Position numbers and translations under genes: made by a program. Shown in pieces: positions 37,431 to 47,073 of a DNA stretch of 64,000 nucleotides. Positions within the stretch are counted from its first letter, which is position 1, and every line of letters begins with the position of its first letter. Under the pieces are notes generated by a model. That model searched no databases, was not told the origin of the DNA, and worked only from the letters and a program-made list of their open reading frames with translations. Source of the stretch: Candidatus Hydrogenedentota bacterium (lineage in GTDB: Bacteria > Hydrogenedentota > Hydrogenedentia > Hydrogenedentales > SLHB01); assembly GCA_963668025.2 (NCBI GenBank), contig CAXXTH010000010.1, forward strand, positions 192,001-256,000, read 5' to 3'.

Positions 37431-39590
37431 TTATGGCATGCTCGCAGTGGGCGCGTTTCCCGGAGCGAATAGGATCTTTATTATCGTTGACACGGGATCA
37501 GATTCGAGCCCAGCCAGTTGAAGCGCCAGCCGTTCGCCGTCTTGCTTGAAGGCAATCGGCGTGTTGCTGGGGAAAACGGATACGCTTGCCACGGCCTGGG
37601 AAATGGAATGTAACTCGATTGATTTCCGGCCATTAAGCCCTATTTTACCTCGTGGATTCTTTAGAATATGCAGATATAACGTATCTCCCTTCGCCACGGC
37701 ATAGCCCCAATCGCCGGATAACGTGGGCACGGGTTTGGTTCCCTTTATCGCGTCGAGACGCGGATGGAGCCACTCGCCGATTTTCACATGCATCTCTTCA
37801 CGGCCAAAACCGAAGCTGTGGTCGAGATCGCAGATGTATCCCTCGCCAATGAGGGAGACCAGGACCCGGAGCCACTCCTGCGGGTCTTGATAATCCGGCT
37901 CGCCTGGCTTGCGATTCGCGGCGCGTTCGGTGCCGTCCCACATTGCCCAAGTAAAGGGATAACGCCAGGTAGCGACGGGCATGTATTTGGGATTTCGGGC
38001 GCACTGGTTTTCCGGCCAGCGGGTCCAATACGGATCCGAGTCGTTGCTGCCTTCCACGGACACGACATCCGCGTCGCCCACGCAGTATCCGATATCCGGG
38101 TAACTCGCCAGGTTGGGCATCACAATACATGCTGGCGCAAGGGTTTTGATCAGGCTATACATGGCGTCGAAATTCCAGTCATATTTGTCTTCATGCAGAT
38201 GATGCGCGCCGTCCAAATAAAGCGCCGCAGGCTGGTATTCGACGCATAATGCCTGGAAGTGGGCGTGCAAGGCGTCCAGATAGGCGGGCCATAAGGTGAA
38301 GTCCTTTTCTTTTTCAAAGGCTAATGAGATGTTGTCGAACAGGCCCACATAGCTGCCAAAACGGACGCCCTGCTCGTGGAACGCTTTTACATATGCGCTC
38401 ATATCTTGGTGGTTGGAGAGTTTGCCGCCCAGTTTTTCGGCTACATCGGCGCTGTTTTTCAGCTTGTCCGCATCCATATTTCCGGGCCAATTTTCGGGAA
38501 GGATGAACCAGCCGGTGGTCGGATAGGCGAACGCATAGCCCTCTTGCGCCAGCATTTCCGCCTGTTGCACGGGATCGCCGTGGGGATAACCATATCCTTT
38601 CACGCCGTGGATCAGGCCGCCCAACTTGCCTTCTTCCATCCATTTCGTGACACGCGTATTCACCTTTAACATGAAATCATGGCAGGCGCTGGCGCCCGTT
38701 GCATCTTGCACCAAGATGCGGAAGGGGATTTCGCCTGTCGCATATCCGCTCACGCCGAGCAATTCGCCTTCCACGCCATCCATATATAAGCCGGAAGGAA
38801 GCGGAGTGGCGGAGGCTGCTTTCCACTGATACGGCGGCGTGCCGCCCGTGGCCATGAAGCGGAAAGGAGACGCGCTGGGTACGCGGTTTTCCGGCTTGGC
38901 GCCGTTGATTTCCAGCCAGACATACGGAAGCCCGGCGTAGGCCGTAGGCAAGGCATTGGTTGTAATACGCAATTCCCCATCCGGCGGCTCGGTGGCATAT
39001 TCAAGGCCGTCAACGGGCTTTCCGTCTTCGGTTTCCAGAGCGGCGTAAAAGCCCCAGACGCCTTTTCCGTTTTGGACCTTGAGCAGGAGGCGGTTCCAAC
39101 CTGTGTTGAGTTTGCCGCTGATGTGGCTGCTGTCGCGTTCGAGCGTGCGCATCAGGCTGTATTCAGAATGTAGAAGCTGTCCGTTCAGCCATACGCGGCA
39201 GCCATCATTTGAACCGATTGCGATTTGGACGGGCTGCTCGATAGGGCTCCATACGTAGACATGGGCATATGCCGCACGCATGTCTGTTGGCTCACCGGGG
39301 CTGCCGGACCGTACGGCGTTAAAGAAGGTATACAAATCCACATAGTCATCCAAATTCCTGCAATATAGGCGGTCGTCGCAGAGGAGCCAAGGCTTTCCAT
39401 CGGACGCCGTATCGATTCTTGGGGCCACGGATGCGGCGTCAAAAGGATCTTGTTCAAATGCGGCATTGTCTTTGCAGGAAAATGTGCCGCAGACAAGCCA
39501 AGTATTGATGCGCCGCTCCAGCGCCATAGCGGGTTGGACGCTCGATAGGAGCATAAACAAGAGGATAATTGATACAACCATTCGCTTCAT
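37431..39590 (-). CDS. secreted PA14-like/Ig-like/GH29 (alpha-fucosidase)-like multidomain protein A
   Basis: Signal peptide; WLVCGTF...GSNDG...GWNRLLLK lectin-like domain; GGTPPYQW...LPSGL Ig repeat; YQPAALYLDG barrel; WG...LYLH C-terminal domain. Confidence 0.65.
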   Translation of the reverse strand: MKRMVVSIILLFMLLSSVQPAMALERRINTWLVCGTFSCKDNAAFEQDPFDAASVAPRIDTASDGKPWLLCDDRLYCRNLDDYVDLYTFFNAVRSGSPGEPTDMRAAYAHVYVWSPIEQPVQIAIGSNDGCRVWLNGQLLHSEYSLMRTLERDSSHISGKLNTGWNRLLLKVQNGKGVWGFYAALETEDGKPVDGLEYATEPPDGELRITTNALPTAYAGLPYVWLEINGAKPENRVPSASPFRFMATGGTPPYQWKAASATPLPSGLYMDGVEGELLGVSGYATGEIPFRILVQDATGASACHDFMLKVNTRVTKWMEEGKLGGLIHGVKGYGYPHGDPVQQAEMLAQEGYAFAYPTTGWFILPENWPGNMDADKLKNSADVAEKLGGKLSNHQDMSAYVKAFHEQGVRFGSYVGLFDNISLAFEKEKDFTLWPAYLDALHAHFQALCVEYQPAALYLDGAHHLHEDKYDWNFDAMYSLIKTLAPACIVMPNLASYPDIGYCVGDADVVSVEGSNDSDPYWTRWPENQCARNPKYMPVATWRYPFTWAMWDGTERAANRKPGEPDYQDPQEWLRVLVSLIGEGYICDLDHSFGFGREEMHVKIGEWLHPRLDAIKGTKPVPTLSGDWGYAVAKGDTLYLHILKNPRGKIGLNGRKSIELHSISQAVASVSVFPSNTPIAFKQDGERLALQLAGLESDPVSTIIKILFAPGNAPTASMP

Positions 39591-39622
39591 AAACCATTCT
39601 CCTTTGTTTATTTTTTACAATC

Positions 39623-41983
39623 TTAGAGCGTGATTTGGCCTTCTGATGGAGATGCCGCGCTTCCGTTGACATACACCGATTCGAGAAATGAAAAAGGCGG
39701 CATATGCAATATGACGGCGGACGGTTGTTGCCGCGTGGGCGGCTCCACGGTTATTTCCAGCCTGTGTTCATCTTCACTAATCTCCGCTTTGAGCGACAAC
39801 GGGCCGAATGCGGAAGGCACATGCTGCCAATCGAATCCGCCGTTTTTGAAAAATGCCAGCGGCAGCATGCGGAGCAGATGGAGTTCATCTGTCTGATCTT
39901 CAATGGCGGCGTTCATCGTGAGCTGGATGAAGGTGAATTGGGAGAACACCGTGCCCGAAATGCCTTCCCGGGTTTCTGTTCCGCCGAAAGTCTGTTGGGA
40001 AGCGCCAGCGGCAAGGAGTCCATACAGCCCCATGGAAAACCGTTCGCGTTCGCCGAGTTCGAGGGAATGGTAGATATTCCAACTATAACAAGGCTCGCAG
40101 GAAGAGATTTCCCGGTCCAGCACCGCCGCTTGGGCATGGTTGGAATATGGTCGGTACAACCGCCATTGCGGGCCTTCCCGATACCAGCGCACACTGGCCC
40201 GCATGATGGGATCATCCGCCGCCATCAAACCCGCCCAGGCCAGGACCATGGGGCCTGTGTCCAAATAGAATGCGTGCTTGAGCGACGCAGGCAGCGCCTC
40301 GCCAGGCGAAGTGGGGATAAGCGGGACTTTTTCACCATTGGGAGCTGTCCAGGTGGGTGCGGAGGCTACGGCCTGGCGCAGAATGCGCTGGAATGTTTCG
40401 CGGTACTCTCTCGCCCAGGCATCGAGTGTTTCCCAACGCGGATCGCTGAGGCGTTTCAACAGCAATACGGTGGTTGACAGGCCCTTGTATGCCCATGCGT
40501 CGTTCCAGGTCTGCTGTTCCTCCGTCATGGCGTCATTGGCCACTCCAGCAGGCAGCAGCCCTTTTATGCCGTTGTGCAAGGTATTGAGGCGGGCTTCTTG
40601 AATCCACTCGCAGCCTCGGACGAGCGGTTCGAGCCATTTGTCGAGAAAGGCCGGGTCCATGCTGAGCAAGCCGTGGAAGCCCGCCGCATACAGAATAGCG
40701 CCATGGTCGGACAGCCAATCCACGGCCTTGTAGCGGGGATCATTGCCAAAATAACCGGGATGTTTTTCCAAATGCCGGCTTGGCGGTTTCACCGCGCCTT
40801 GGGCCTTGCGGAAAATTTCGAGATAAGAGGCCACTGCATCGCCATACCCCAAACGCTCCAGGGCCGCCATTTGCAGCGCTTGCGCCGTGGGCCAGATGCC
40901 TTGATACGAGTATCCGCCCGTGAGCAAGGCCGGATCGCCGATTTGCGGATGGCGTTCAGAGACCATGAAACTCAACGGCGCGTAATGGTCGAGATGTGCT
41001 TGCACATATGGTTCGGGAACATGTATGGACGTGGAAGTCTGCAACTGCCTGGCCCAGAACGTCTTGGTTTCCGAGAGCGCGCCCTCGAATCCTAGCGCTA
41101 GTTCGCTGGCCATTGTTTCGTCGTCTTCCTGGCGGAAGGGGAGCAGCACATCGAAGAACGCCCCCTTCCGGCATGGCATGCCCACCATGAGATGCTCGAA
41201 CAGTATGGCCGGCTTCGCATATTCAAAGTTATCTTCGAGAAAGCGTTTGATGGGAATCCATGTAACAGCGCATTCGCCTTTCGGTTGGGCTGGAATCGCC
41301 AGGCGGTTGCGGCGCCCGAATTCTTGATTCATGGCGCGCAGGAATCCTGGCCCGCTCAAATCGGCAGGCCCGGCATAATCCAGCGGCAGGGGATAAAACG
41401 GTGGTTTGTTGAACAGAATGATGTTGTTGAACGCATCCATGCTTGTCGAGATATGATCATTCTGCGGCGTAAGCACTACAGTCAGGCGGTCTACATCATT
41501 CAAAATATCTACAACATCCTTCACTGTAAAACGGAGCCAAAGGAAGAGCGGTTCATCGCCTCGCTTTGTTGGACGCCCGCCCTGCACGTGGGCGAATTGG
41601 CGCTGTTCGAACAACACTTCGCCTGACGCTTTCTCGACAATCAGCACGGGGGCTTTTGAATCCGCCCAACTACACCGGTGCTGTCCATCGGGATACCGGC
41701 CACGGCGGACATGGTAGGATGCATTCTCATGGGATACACTGCCGCCAAGATAGAATTGGGGCGTTAGCGTGAAGCCCATGAGCTGGTCTTCTGGAAACGC
41801 CCGCCGGTTGAAACCGTACGCGCCATATGCGGATGCCGCAATGGCTCCATCATAAAAGACATTGAATTCATAGAGGCTGTCCCGCCAGGAAAGGGTATTC
41901 CAGATCCCACGCTGGTCTGGCCATTCTTGCAATGCGCGTGCGGCATCCCATTCAATGGATGTGGTGTGTTGCATGATATTCAT
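39623..41983 (-). CDS. six-hairpin (alpha/alpha)6 glycosidase-like protein
   Basis: YQGIWP, GLLPAG, WNDAWAYKGL, LHLLRMLP, PSAFGPLS; no signal peptide; start uncertain (41983 or 41974). Confidence 0.6.
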   Translation of the reverse strand: MNIMQHTTSIEWDAARALQEWPDQRGIWNTLSWRDSLYEFNVFYDGAIAASAYGAYGFNRRAFPEDQLMGFTLTPQFYLGGSVSHENASYHVRRGRYPDGQHRCSWADSKAPVLIVEKASGEVLFEQRQFAHVQGGRPTKRGDEPLFLWLRFTVKDVVDILNDVDRLTVVLTPQNDHISTSMDAFNNIILFNKPPFYPLPLDYAGPADLSGPGFLRAMNQEFGRRNRLAIPAQPKGECAVTWIPIKRFLEDNFEYAKPAILFEHLMVGMPCRKGAFFDVLLPFRQEDDETMASELALGFEGALSETKTFWARQLQTSTSIHVPEPYVQAHLDHYAPLSFMVSERHPQIGDPALLTGGYSYQGIWPTAQALQMAALERLGYGDAVASYLEIFRKAQGAVKPPSRHLEKHPGYFGNDPRYKAVDWLSDHGAILYAAGFHGLLSMDPAFLDKWLEPLVRGCEWIQEARLNTLHNGIKGLLPAGVANDAMTEEQQTWNDAWAYKGLSTTVLLLKRLSDPRWETLDAWAREYRETFQRILRQAVASAPTWTAPNGEKVPLIPTSPGEALPASLKHAFYLDTGPMVLAWAGLMAADDPIMRASVRWYREGPQWRLYRPYSNHAQAAVLDREISSCEPCYSWNIYHSLELGERERFSMGLYGLLAAGASQQTFGGTETREGISGTVFSQFTFIQLTMNAAIEDQTDELHLLRMLPLAFFKNGGFDWQHVPSAFGPLSLKAEISEDEHRLEITVEPPTRQQPSAVILHMPPFSFLESVYVNGSAASPSEGQITL

Positions 41984-41999
41984 CTCCAGTGAATCAATG

Positions 42000-44294
42000 T
42001 CATTTAGAACTGGAAGAAGCCGCCGTGGCTGGTTCCATCTCGATGGCGATAATCGTATCAATGTCATCTACAACGACGCGTTGCATATTGATGATGAGCT
42101 GGCTGTCTTCGATACGAAAGTCCAAATTCATGCCCAGAGGCTCTTGATACACGCGGGTGGCATTTCCTGCGATAGGCCCCACTTTCATTTCGCGTTGCAG
42201 GCCTTGCGCGAAGCCGCGCCCATCGAGCAAACCGGCCATGTTTTCTGGAAGGCCCCGGCTTGATTTTCCTTCGAATCCATATTTTCCGCGTGGATTGTGC
42301 AAGATGTGCAGATAGAGCGTGTTGTTCTTGATGACGTTATATCCCCACAGATCCTCTTTGAGCGGCCCGGGGCGCGTGCCTTCGAGGGTATGGAGCCTTG
42401 GCTTGAGCCATTCGGCCAGGCGCATGCGTTCCGAATGGGTGTAGCGGTCCGGCCATTCCGAATGGTCGAGATTGCACATCACACCCTCGCATGCCATGGA
42501 AACCACCACGCGCGCCCATTCTTCCCAATGAAAATATTCACCGTGATGCAAAAACGCCTGGTCCGTATTGGGGAAGCGCCAAGTTTCATCGGAGAGCTTT
42601 TTAGGGCTATAGCCTTTTTGGCCGTTTGGCCAGCGGCCCCAGCGCCAGTCGAGCGTCTCCGCGCCTTCACTCTCACACACGAGGGCGTCGATATCGCCTA
42701 AGCCGTACTCGATATCCGTTCCAGCATTCGCGAGCACCAAGCATTCCGGGACGAACGTTTTGATCATGCTATACAGGGCGTCTAGCTCATGATTTCCTCG
42801 AGGCTTGCCTGCCTTGAAATCGCTAAAAATCACATTCGCCCCGTCGAACCACATCACCGCCGGGCGGTAGGCAAGGCACAGTTCCTCGACTTGCGCCAGG
42901 CGCACATCCATGTAGCGCGGGAAATTGCTGGCGTAATCATCACCCCCCAGCCCATTGTTTTCGCTTTCAATAAAAGGATAATAAAAGCCCGCGCGCATAT
43001 CGCGGGCGCGCAGGGCATTGGCCAGAGGCCCCACCAGATCACGTGAGGCGTTCTGTTCCCAGTCTGCGCCGGTGGATTTCCCCGCTGAATTGGGGATATC
43101 TGTGGGCCAATAAGCGTTGCCTCCGTCGTTTTTACTCATCATTGCCGCATAAGAATAACCTGCCGCCGCCATCAACGAGGCCTGCCGTTCCGGATCGCCC
43201 AGCCAGGCTTTGCCATTCGGGCCTGGCATGTTGTGAATAAGCGCCCCAAGCCGGGCGTGTTCATGCCAGGCATTAGGCCGCTCCAACACGCTGATCGCCA
43301 GATGCGCCTGGGCGTTCGATCCGGTGGAATCCGTGGCTTCCACGGTGAACTGCGCTTCCTGTATGTGGGCGCAAACGCCTTGGAGTTCGCCTTCTGCCTC
43401 ATCCAAGGTAAGGCCGTCCGGCAGCGCCCCGCCGGTGATGCGCCAGCGATACGGCGGCGTTCCACCTGCCGCCATGAACCGGAATGGCGATGCGGAAGGA
43501 TTATTGGATTCGATCTCGGCGAGGGTGTTTGTACGTTCGGCTTCGGGGATATTCAAGGCAAGCCACACATACGGCCATTCCGAATATCCGCGCGGCATGG
43601 TGTTTGTGGTTATCTCAAGCGGGCCGTTAGGAGGTTTCGTGGCATACTCGAGCCCGTCCATGGGCGCGCTATCTGGATGGCGGATGCTTGCATAGAAGCC
43701 CCACACGCCATACGCATTCGCGATTTTGAGTAGAAGCCGGTTCCAGCCTGCTTCCAACGTGATGGGCGTCCGGTCTTGCCCACGGGCGGCTTGGCGCAGT
43801 TTGCCTTCCACGGAGGCCACCTTCGTATCATTCAACCAGGCTTGAAAGCCGTCATTCGAGCCCACCCATAATTCGCATGCCTGTTGCTCTGGGCTCCATA
43901 CATAGACATGCGCATACGCCGCCACCCATTCATTTGGCCCGCCAGGGCCGCCTTCCCGTTTTGGATGGAAGAAGGTATATAGGTCGTTGTAATCATCTAG
44001 ATTCCGGCAATACAGCCGATCATCAAACATCCGCCATGTCCGCCCACCGGCTTTGCCGCCTTCTAGGGGGGATTGGGCGTCTTCACCCAGATCATCGCGG
44101 TCGAATCCAGCGTAATCCGTGTTGTCAAAGGGCCCTGCCACGAGCCAGGTATTGATGGCGCGCGGCGGTGTTGCCGCGCCTTCGGCCTGCCATGAAACTA
44201 AGCATATGGTGATGAACAGCGAAATGATACAAAAAGGATAGCGTGGTGATCCCGGTATTCCCGGTTTATGAAGCACCCATGAAGACAGCAGCAT
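42000..44294 (-). CDS. secreted PA14-like/Ig-like/GH29-like multidomain protein B
   Basis: Paralog of 37431-39590 (shared DDRLYCRNLDDY, SASPFRFMA.GGTPPY, LYLHIL.NPRGK); YRPAVMWFDG. Confidence 0.65.
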   Translation of the reverse strand: MLLSSWVLHKPGIPGSPRYPFCIISLFITICLVSWQAEGAATPPRAINTWLVAGPFDNTDYAGFDRDDLGEDAQSPLEGGKAGGRTWRMFDDRLYCRNLDDYNDLYTFFHPKREGGPGGPNEWVAAYAHVYVWSPEQQACELWVGSNDGFQAWLNDTKVASVEGKLRQAARGQDRTPITLEAGWNRLLLKIANAYGVWGFYASIRHPDSAPMDGLEYATKPPNGPLEITTNTMPRGYSEWPYVWLALNIPEAERTNTLAEIESNNPSASPFRFMAAGGTPPYRWRITGGALPDGLTLDEAEGELQGVCAHIQEAQFTVEATDSTGSNAQAHLAISVLERPNAWHEHARLGALIHNMPGPNGKAWLGDPERQASLMAAAGYSYAAMMSKNDGGNAYWPTDIPNSAGKSTGADWEQNASRDLVGPLANALRARDMRAGFYYPFIESENNGLGGDDYASNFPRYMDVRLAQVEELCLAYRPAVMWFDGANVIFSDFKAGKPRGNHELDALYSMIKTFVPECLVLANAGTDIEYGLGDIDALVCESEGAETLDWRWGRWPNGQKGYSPKKLSDETWRFPNTDQAFLHHGEYFHWEEWARVVVSMACEGVMCNLDHSEWPDRYTHSERMRLAEWLKPRLHTLEGTRPGPLKEDLWGYNVIKNNTLYLHILHNPRGKYGFEGKSSRGLPENMAGLLDGRGFAQGLQREMKVGPIAGNATRVYQEPLGMNLDFRIEDSQLIINMQRVVVDDIDTIIAIEMEPATAASSSSK

Positions 44295-44407
44295 ATACTC
44301 ATCTCCTTTACGTAAGATTTGATAAGAAGATTTCCGGCTGGCGTGTTCGATTTAGAGGCGCTGCATGCCCGGGGGGGCATGCAGCACGCCATAATGAGGG
44401 ATTGTGT

Positions 44408-45478
44408 TTAACCCATGCCGCCGCAAGCGTACATGAACCACGATACTTCACGCCCTTGATTGGAGGATGTGCTGTTGGCAGGCTCATTCCAAATGGGGAA
44501 CCTCGAACCGAACCGAACAAACTCGACATGGCCGTCCATATAGAGGACATTCGAGCCGCCCGGGAGATGGTTGAATAAGGGCACCGCATTGATTGCGCCT
44601 TCGCCGACGGAGCCCCAGGAATCCCACATCACCGGAATGACACTTTGCCCTGACGAGCCTGATGCGGGGTTATTGATGTCCGTGATGAAGAAGCGCTCGA
44701 TGCTTTCCTTGAGGCGGTGAATGGTGGACGGCAGCGCGGAGCCATCTTCCTCGGTGATCCCTTTCACGCGCGAGACCATGCTGGGCGAACTCAGGCTGAT
44801 GCTGTTTTCCCATACTTCCGGCCAGTAATGGGATGTTAGCCATTTTTGGGGGCATCCGGCGGCGCGGAAATTGGAGAGGCCTTGCGGATTGTAGCCGTAT
44901 TTATCGACGGCGACATTGGCGGGGCCGCCTCGCAGCACGATTGATAGCTGCGTGGCCGTTCTGCAAGCAAACGGTATGTAGTGGTACGAAAGGGGGAGCG
45001 AGAGCAGCAGATGGGTACAGTCGTGTTTGTCATCGGTGGTCGAATTGGTGGATTGCACGTATTTAAGGTATTCCGCCATATCGTCATACTGCAAATTCGG
45101 GAACGAGGATTTATCGCTGGTGTACCATCCCCATGAATCCTCTAAGTCCGCCCTAGAATCAGATGGGCAGATCATGATGGCTGGGTCATTCCAATAATCT
45201 GGATATAGCGAATCGCTTCCCACCCCAAATAACACGCGCTGAGCGGGATTGTAAGAAGACGCGGGGGGGAAAAGGTCTTTATTTTCACTCGCGTACATTT
45301 TGTAAATGATGCCCCATTGCTTCAGATTGCTGGAGCATGAGGCCCGGCGGGCCGCCTCCCGCGCCCGCGCCAATGCGGGCAGCAGGATCGCCGCTAAGAT
45401 GGCGATGATGGCGATCACCACAAGCAGCTCGATCAAGGTGAAGCCGCTGGCCGTCTTTTTTCGTGGTTTATTCTGCAT
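44408..45478 (-). CDS. prepilin-type N-methylation/DUF1559/H-X9-DG protein B
   Basis: [14 protein letters not shown]..., [41 protein letters not shown]. Confidence 0.93.
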   Translation of the reverse strand: MQNKPRKKTASGFTLIELLVVIAIIAILAAILLPALARAREAARRASCSSNLKQWGIIYKMYASENKDLFPPASSYNPAQRVLFGVGSDSLYPDYWNDPAIMICPSDSRADLEDSWGWYTSDKSSFPNLQYDDMAEYLKYVQSTNSTTDDKHDCTHLLLSLPLSYHYIPFACRTATQLSIVLRGGPANVAVDKYGYNPQGLSNFRAAGCPQKWLTSHYWPEVWENSISLSSPSMVSRVKGITEEDGSALPSTIHRLKESIERFFITDINNPASGSSGQSVIPVMWDSWGSVGEGAINAVPLFNHLPGGSNVLYMDGHVEFVRFGSRFPIWNEPANSTSSNQGREVSWFMYACGGMG

Positions 45479-45567
45479 TGCTTGCCTCCTCGTTGTTGAG
45501 GGATGATGAAAACGGACAATAAAGAATTGGCGCTTATATCAACTATATTCTTATTATGGCTTCCTAG

Positions 45568-45596
45568 AGGCGGACACGCGAATACCGTGTCCGCCT
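45568..45596. other. intergenic hairpin (possible mRNA stabiliser or partial terminator)
   Basis: 11-bp stem AGGCGGACACG/CGTGTCCGCCT with no U-tract on the coding strand. Confidence 0.55.
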
Positions 45597-45609
45597 ATTG
45601 GCTAATGGA

Positions 45610-46647
45610 CTACTTGCGGTATTTACGAACAGCGGCTGCCGCCATCGCGCTGGCGAGGGCCGCCATGCCCAGCATGGTCATCGCGGGGAGTTCCGGGCCG
45701 CTGCCGGGATAAGATGCGTTGTCGTTTGGATCCGTGCCGGCGTCCACTTCCGCGCCGTCTTCATACCCATCGTCATCGGAATCCGCATCGTTCGGGTCTG
45801 TGCCCGTGTTGGTGGGGCTGACATACACACCCGTGTCCGTTTCCACTTGATCTTCAAGGCCGTCGTCATCGGAGTCGACGGGGCCTGCCGTGTATTCCAC
45901 CTCGAGCATGGGCCTGCTCTCGGTTGCGGATTGTGCGGACACTTCATCCACCATGCCGATAAAGGTGTCATTGGCGAAGGCATTGAGCAATTCGGGGCCC
46001 GCGCCAAGGATGAATCCAGCATCTATGACCGTTCCATCCAAAATACCTTGGAGATATGCAATGCCAGCCGCCGTGAATTCAAGGACTACTTCCGGCTCCG
46101 TATTGTAATCCACGCCTGACTGGACTGTTGCTTCGGCGATGACATCAGGCAAGGCGTTGTAGGCATCAAAAGCGGGCGCAAGCGGATGGCTCGATGGCCA
46201 TAAGCCCGCCATGGTGCAGCCGGTATGGGGCCAGCATGCCACCTCGCTCATTTGTGAAAATCGCGCTTCTGATTCGTTCCATCCGGCGTTGTCGGAATGT
46301 AAACGCCACGCGAGGAAGGTATGGGGCCATGGCCAAGTGCTCTGATCGCCGCCAATCCGCGCCATGTGGACACGCAAGCGGGCTGAGGTAATGGAGGAGC
46401 TGGACGAAATCGCGGAAATGTCATACCGCATCAATGCGAATCCGGGATGATCGGTGTTCGACCATGCTTCGGCCACTTGGCAATACCCTTCGGAATCTCC
46501 GAAGACGGGCAAGCCCTCGCCCACGGTGGAGCATGCATGATCATAGCTCGCATCGGGCAAAACACCCGCCTGGAATTGAATCACATCAGCCGCAGCGGCT
46601 GTCGTAACCACTGCCATTATGGTTAACATCAGCAGTTTGTGTTTCAT
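45610..46647 (-). CDS. surface protein: DNRLRE-like domain, TSP3-like Ca-binding repeats, C-terminal sorting signal
   Basis: Signal peptide; ALMRYDIS...ITSARLRVH...RPMLEVEY; DSDDDG repeats; tail GPELPAMTMLGMAALASAMAAAAVRKYRK. Confidence 0.75.
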   Translation of the reverse strand: MKHKLLMLTIMAVVTTAAAADVIQFQAGVLPDASYDHACSTVGEGLPVFGDSEGYCQVAEAWSNTDHPGFALMRYDISAISSSSSITSARLRVHMARIGGDQSTWPWPHTFLAWRLHSDNAGWNESEARFSQMSEVACWPHTGCTMAGLWPSSHPLAPAFDAYNALPDVIAEATVQSGVDYNTEPEVVLEFTAAGIAYLQGILDGTVIDAGFILGAGPELLNAFANDTFIGMVDEVSAQSATESRPMLEVEYTAGPVDSDDDGLEDQVETDTGVYVSPTNTGTDPNDADSDDDGYEDGAEVDAGTDPNDNASYPGSGPELPAMTMLGMAALASAMAAAAVRKYRK

Positions 46648-46832
46648 GGTTATTATTTCCTTTCTACGTTTTTTCGCCCTTTCCATCAAGCCTTATAGAA
46701 TCACTTTGCTGAGTACATGGGTGTTGTTTTATCGTGCGCAATGAATGTGTAGCCATTTAAGTAATACATACCCAAAATCGGTTGTTTTAAAGATAAGCCC
46801 TCCTGCCTCGGTAATCCGCCACCATGAAAGCC

Positions 46833-46904
46833 AATGTACCATAGGCCGGCTAATTTGTAAATAAAAAAATTGTTTTAGTGTATAAACAGAGCATATTTTG
46901 ATAT
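46833..46904 (-). promoter_or_regulatory. candidate operator and promoter P3 (head of the locus)
   Basis: ATATCAAAATATG-N14-TAAAA-N11-TTTACA-N17-TACATT. Confidence 0.65.
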
Positions 46905-47073
46905 TCATGCATATAGAGGCGCTATCCGCAGGGAGGCTGGAACAAGAAATTTTGGAGAAATTGGATCGGGGGAGGATAACACTTACGACATTGAATGGCG
47001 GGATAGGCGTTTGATATGAATGAATATCCAGCCGGAATGCACCATGCAGCGCGGTGGGTTTTATTAGCTGCGA

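Noticed and set aside
25369-45478. Diversity-generating retroelement (RT plus two similar pilin-like genes)
   Set aside because: The RT sits in a complete group II intron. The paralog differences I compared are not adenine-specific, and I saw no non-coding template repeat.
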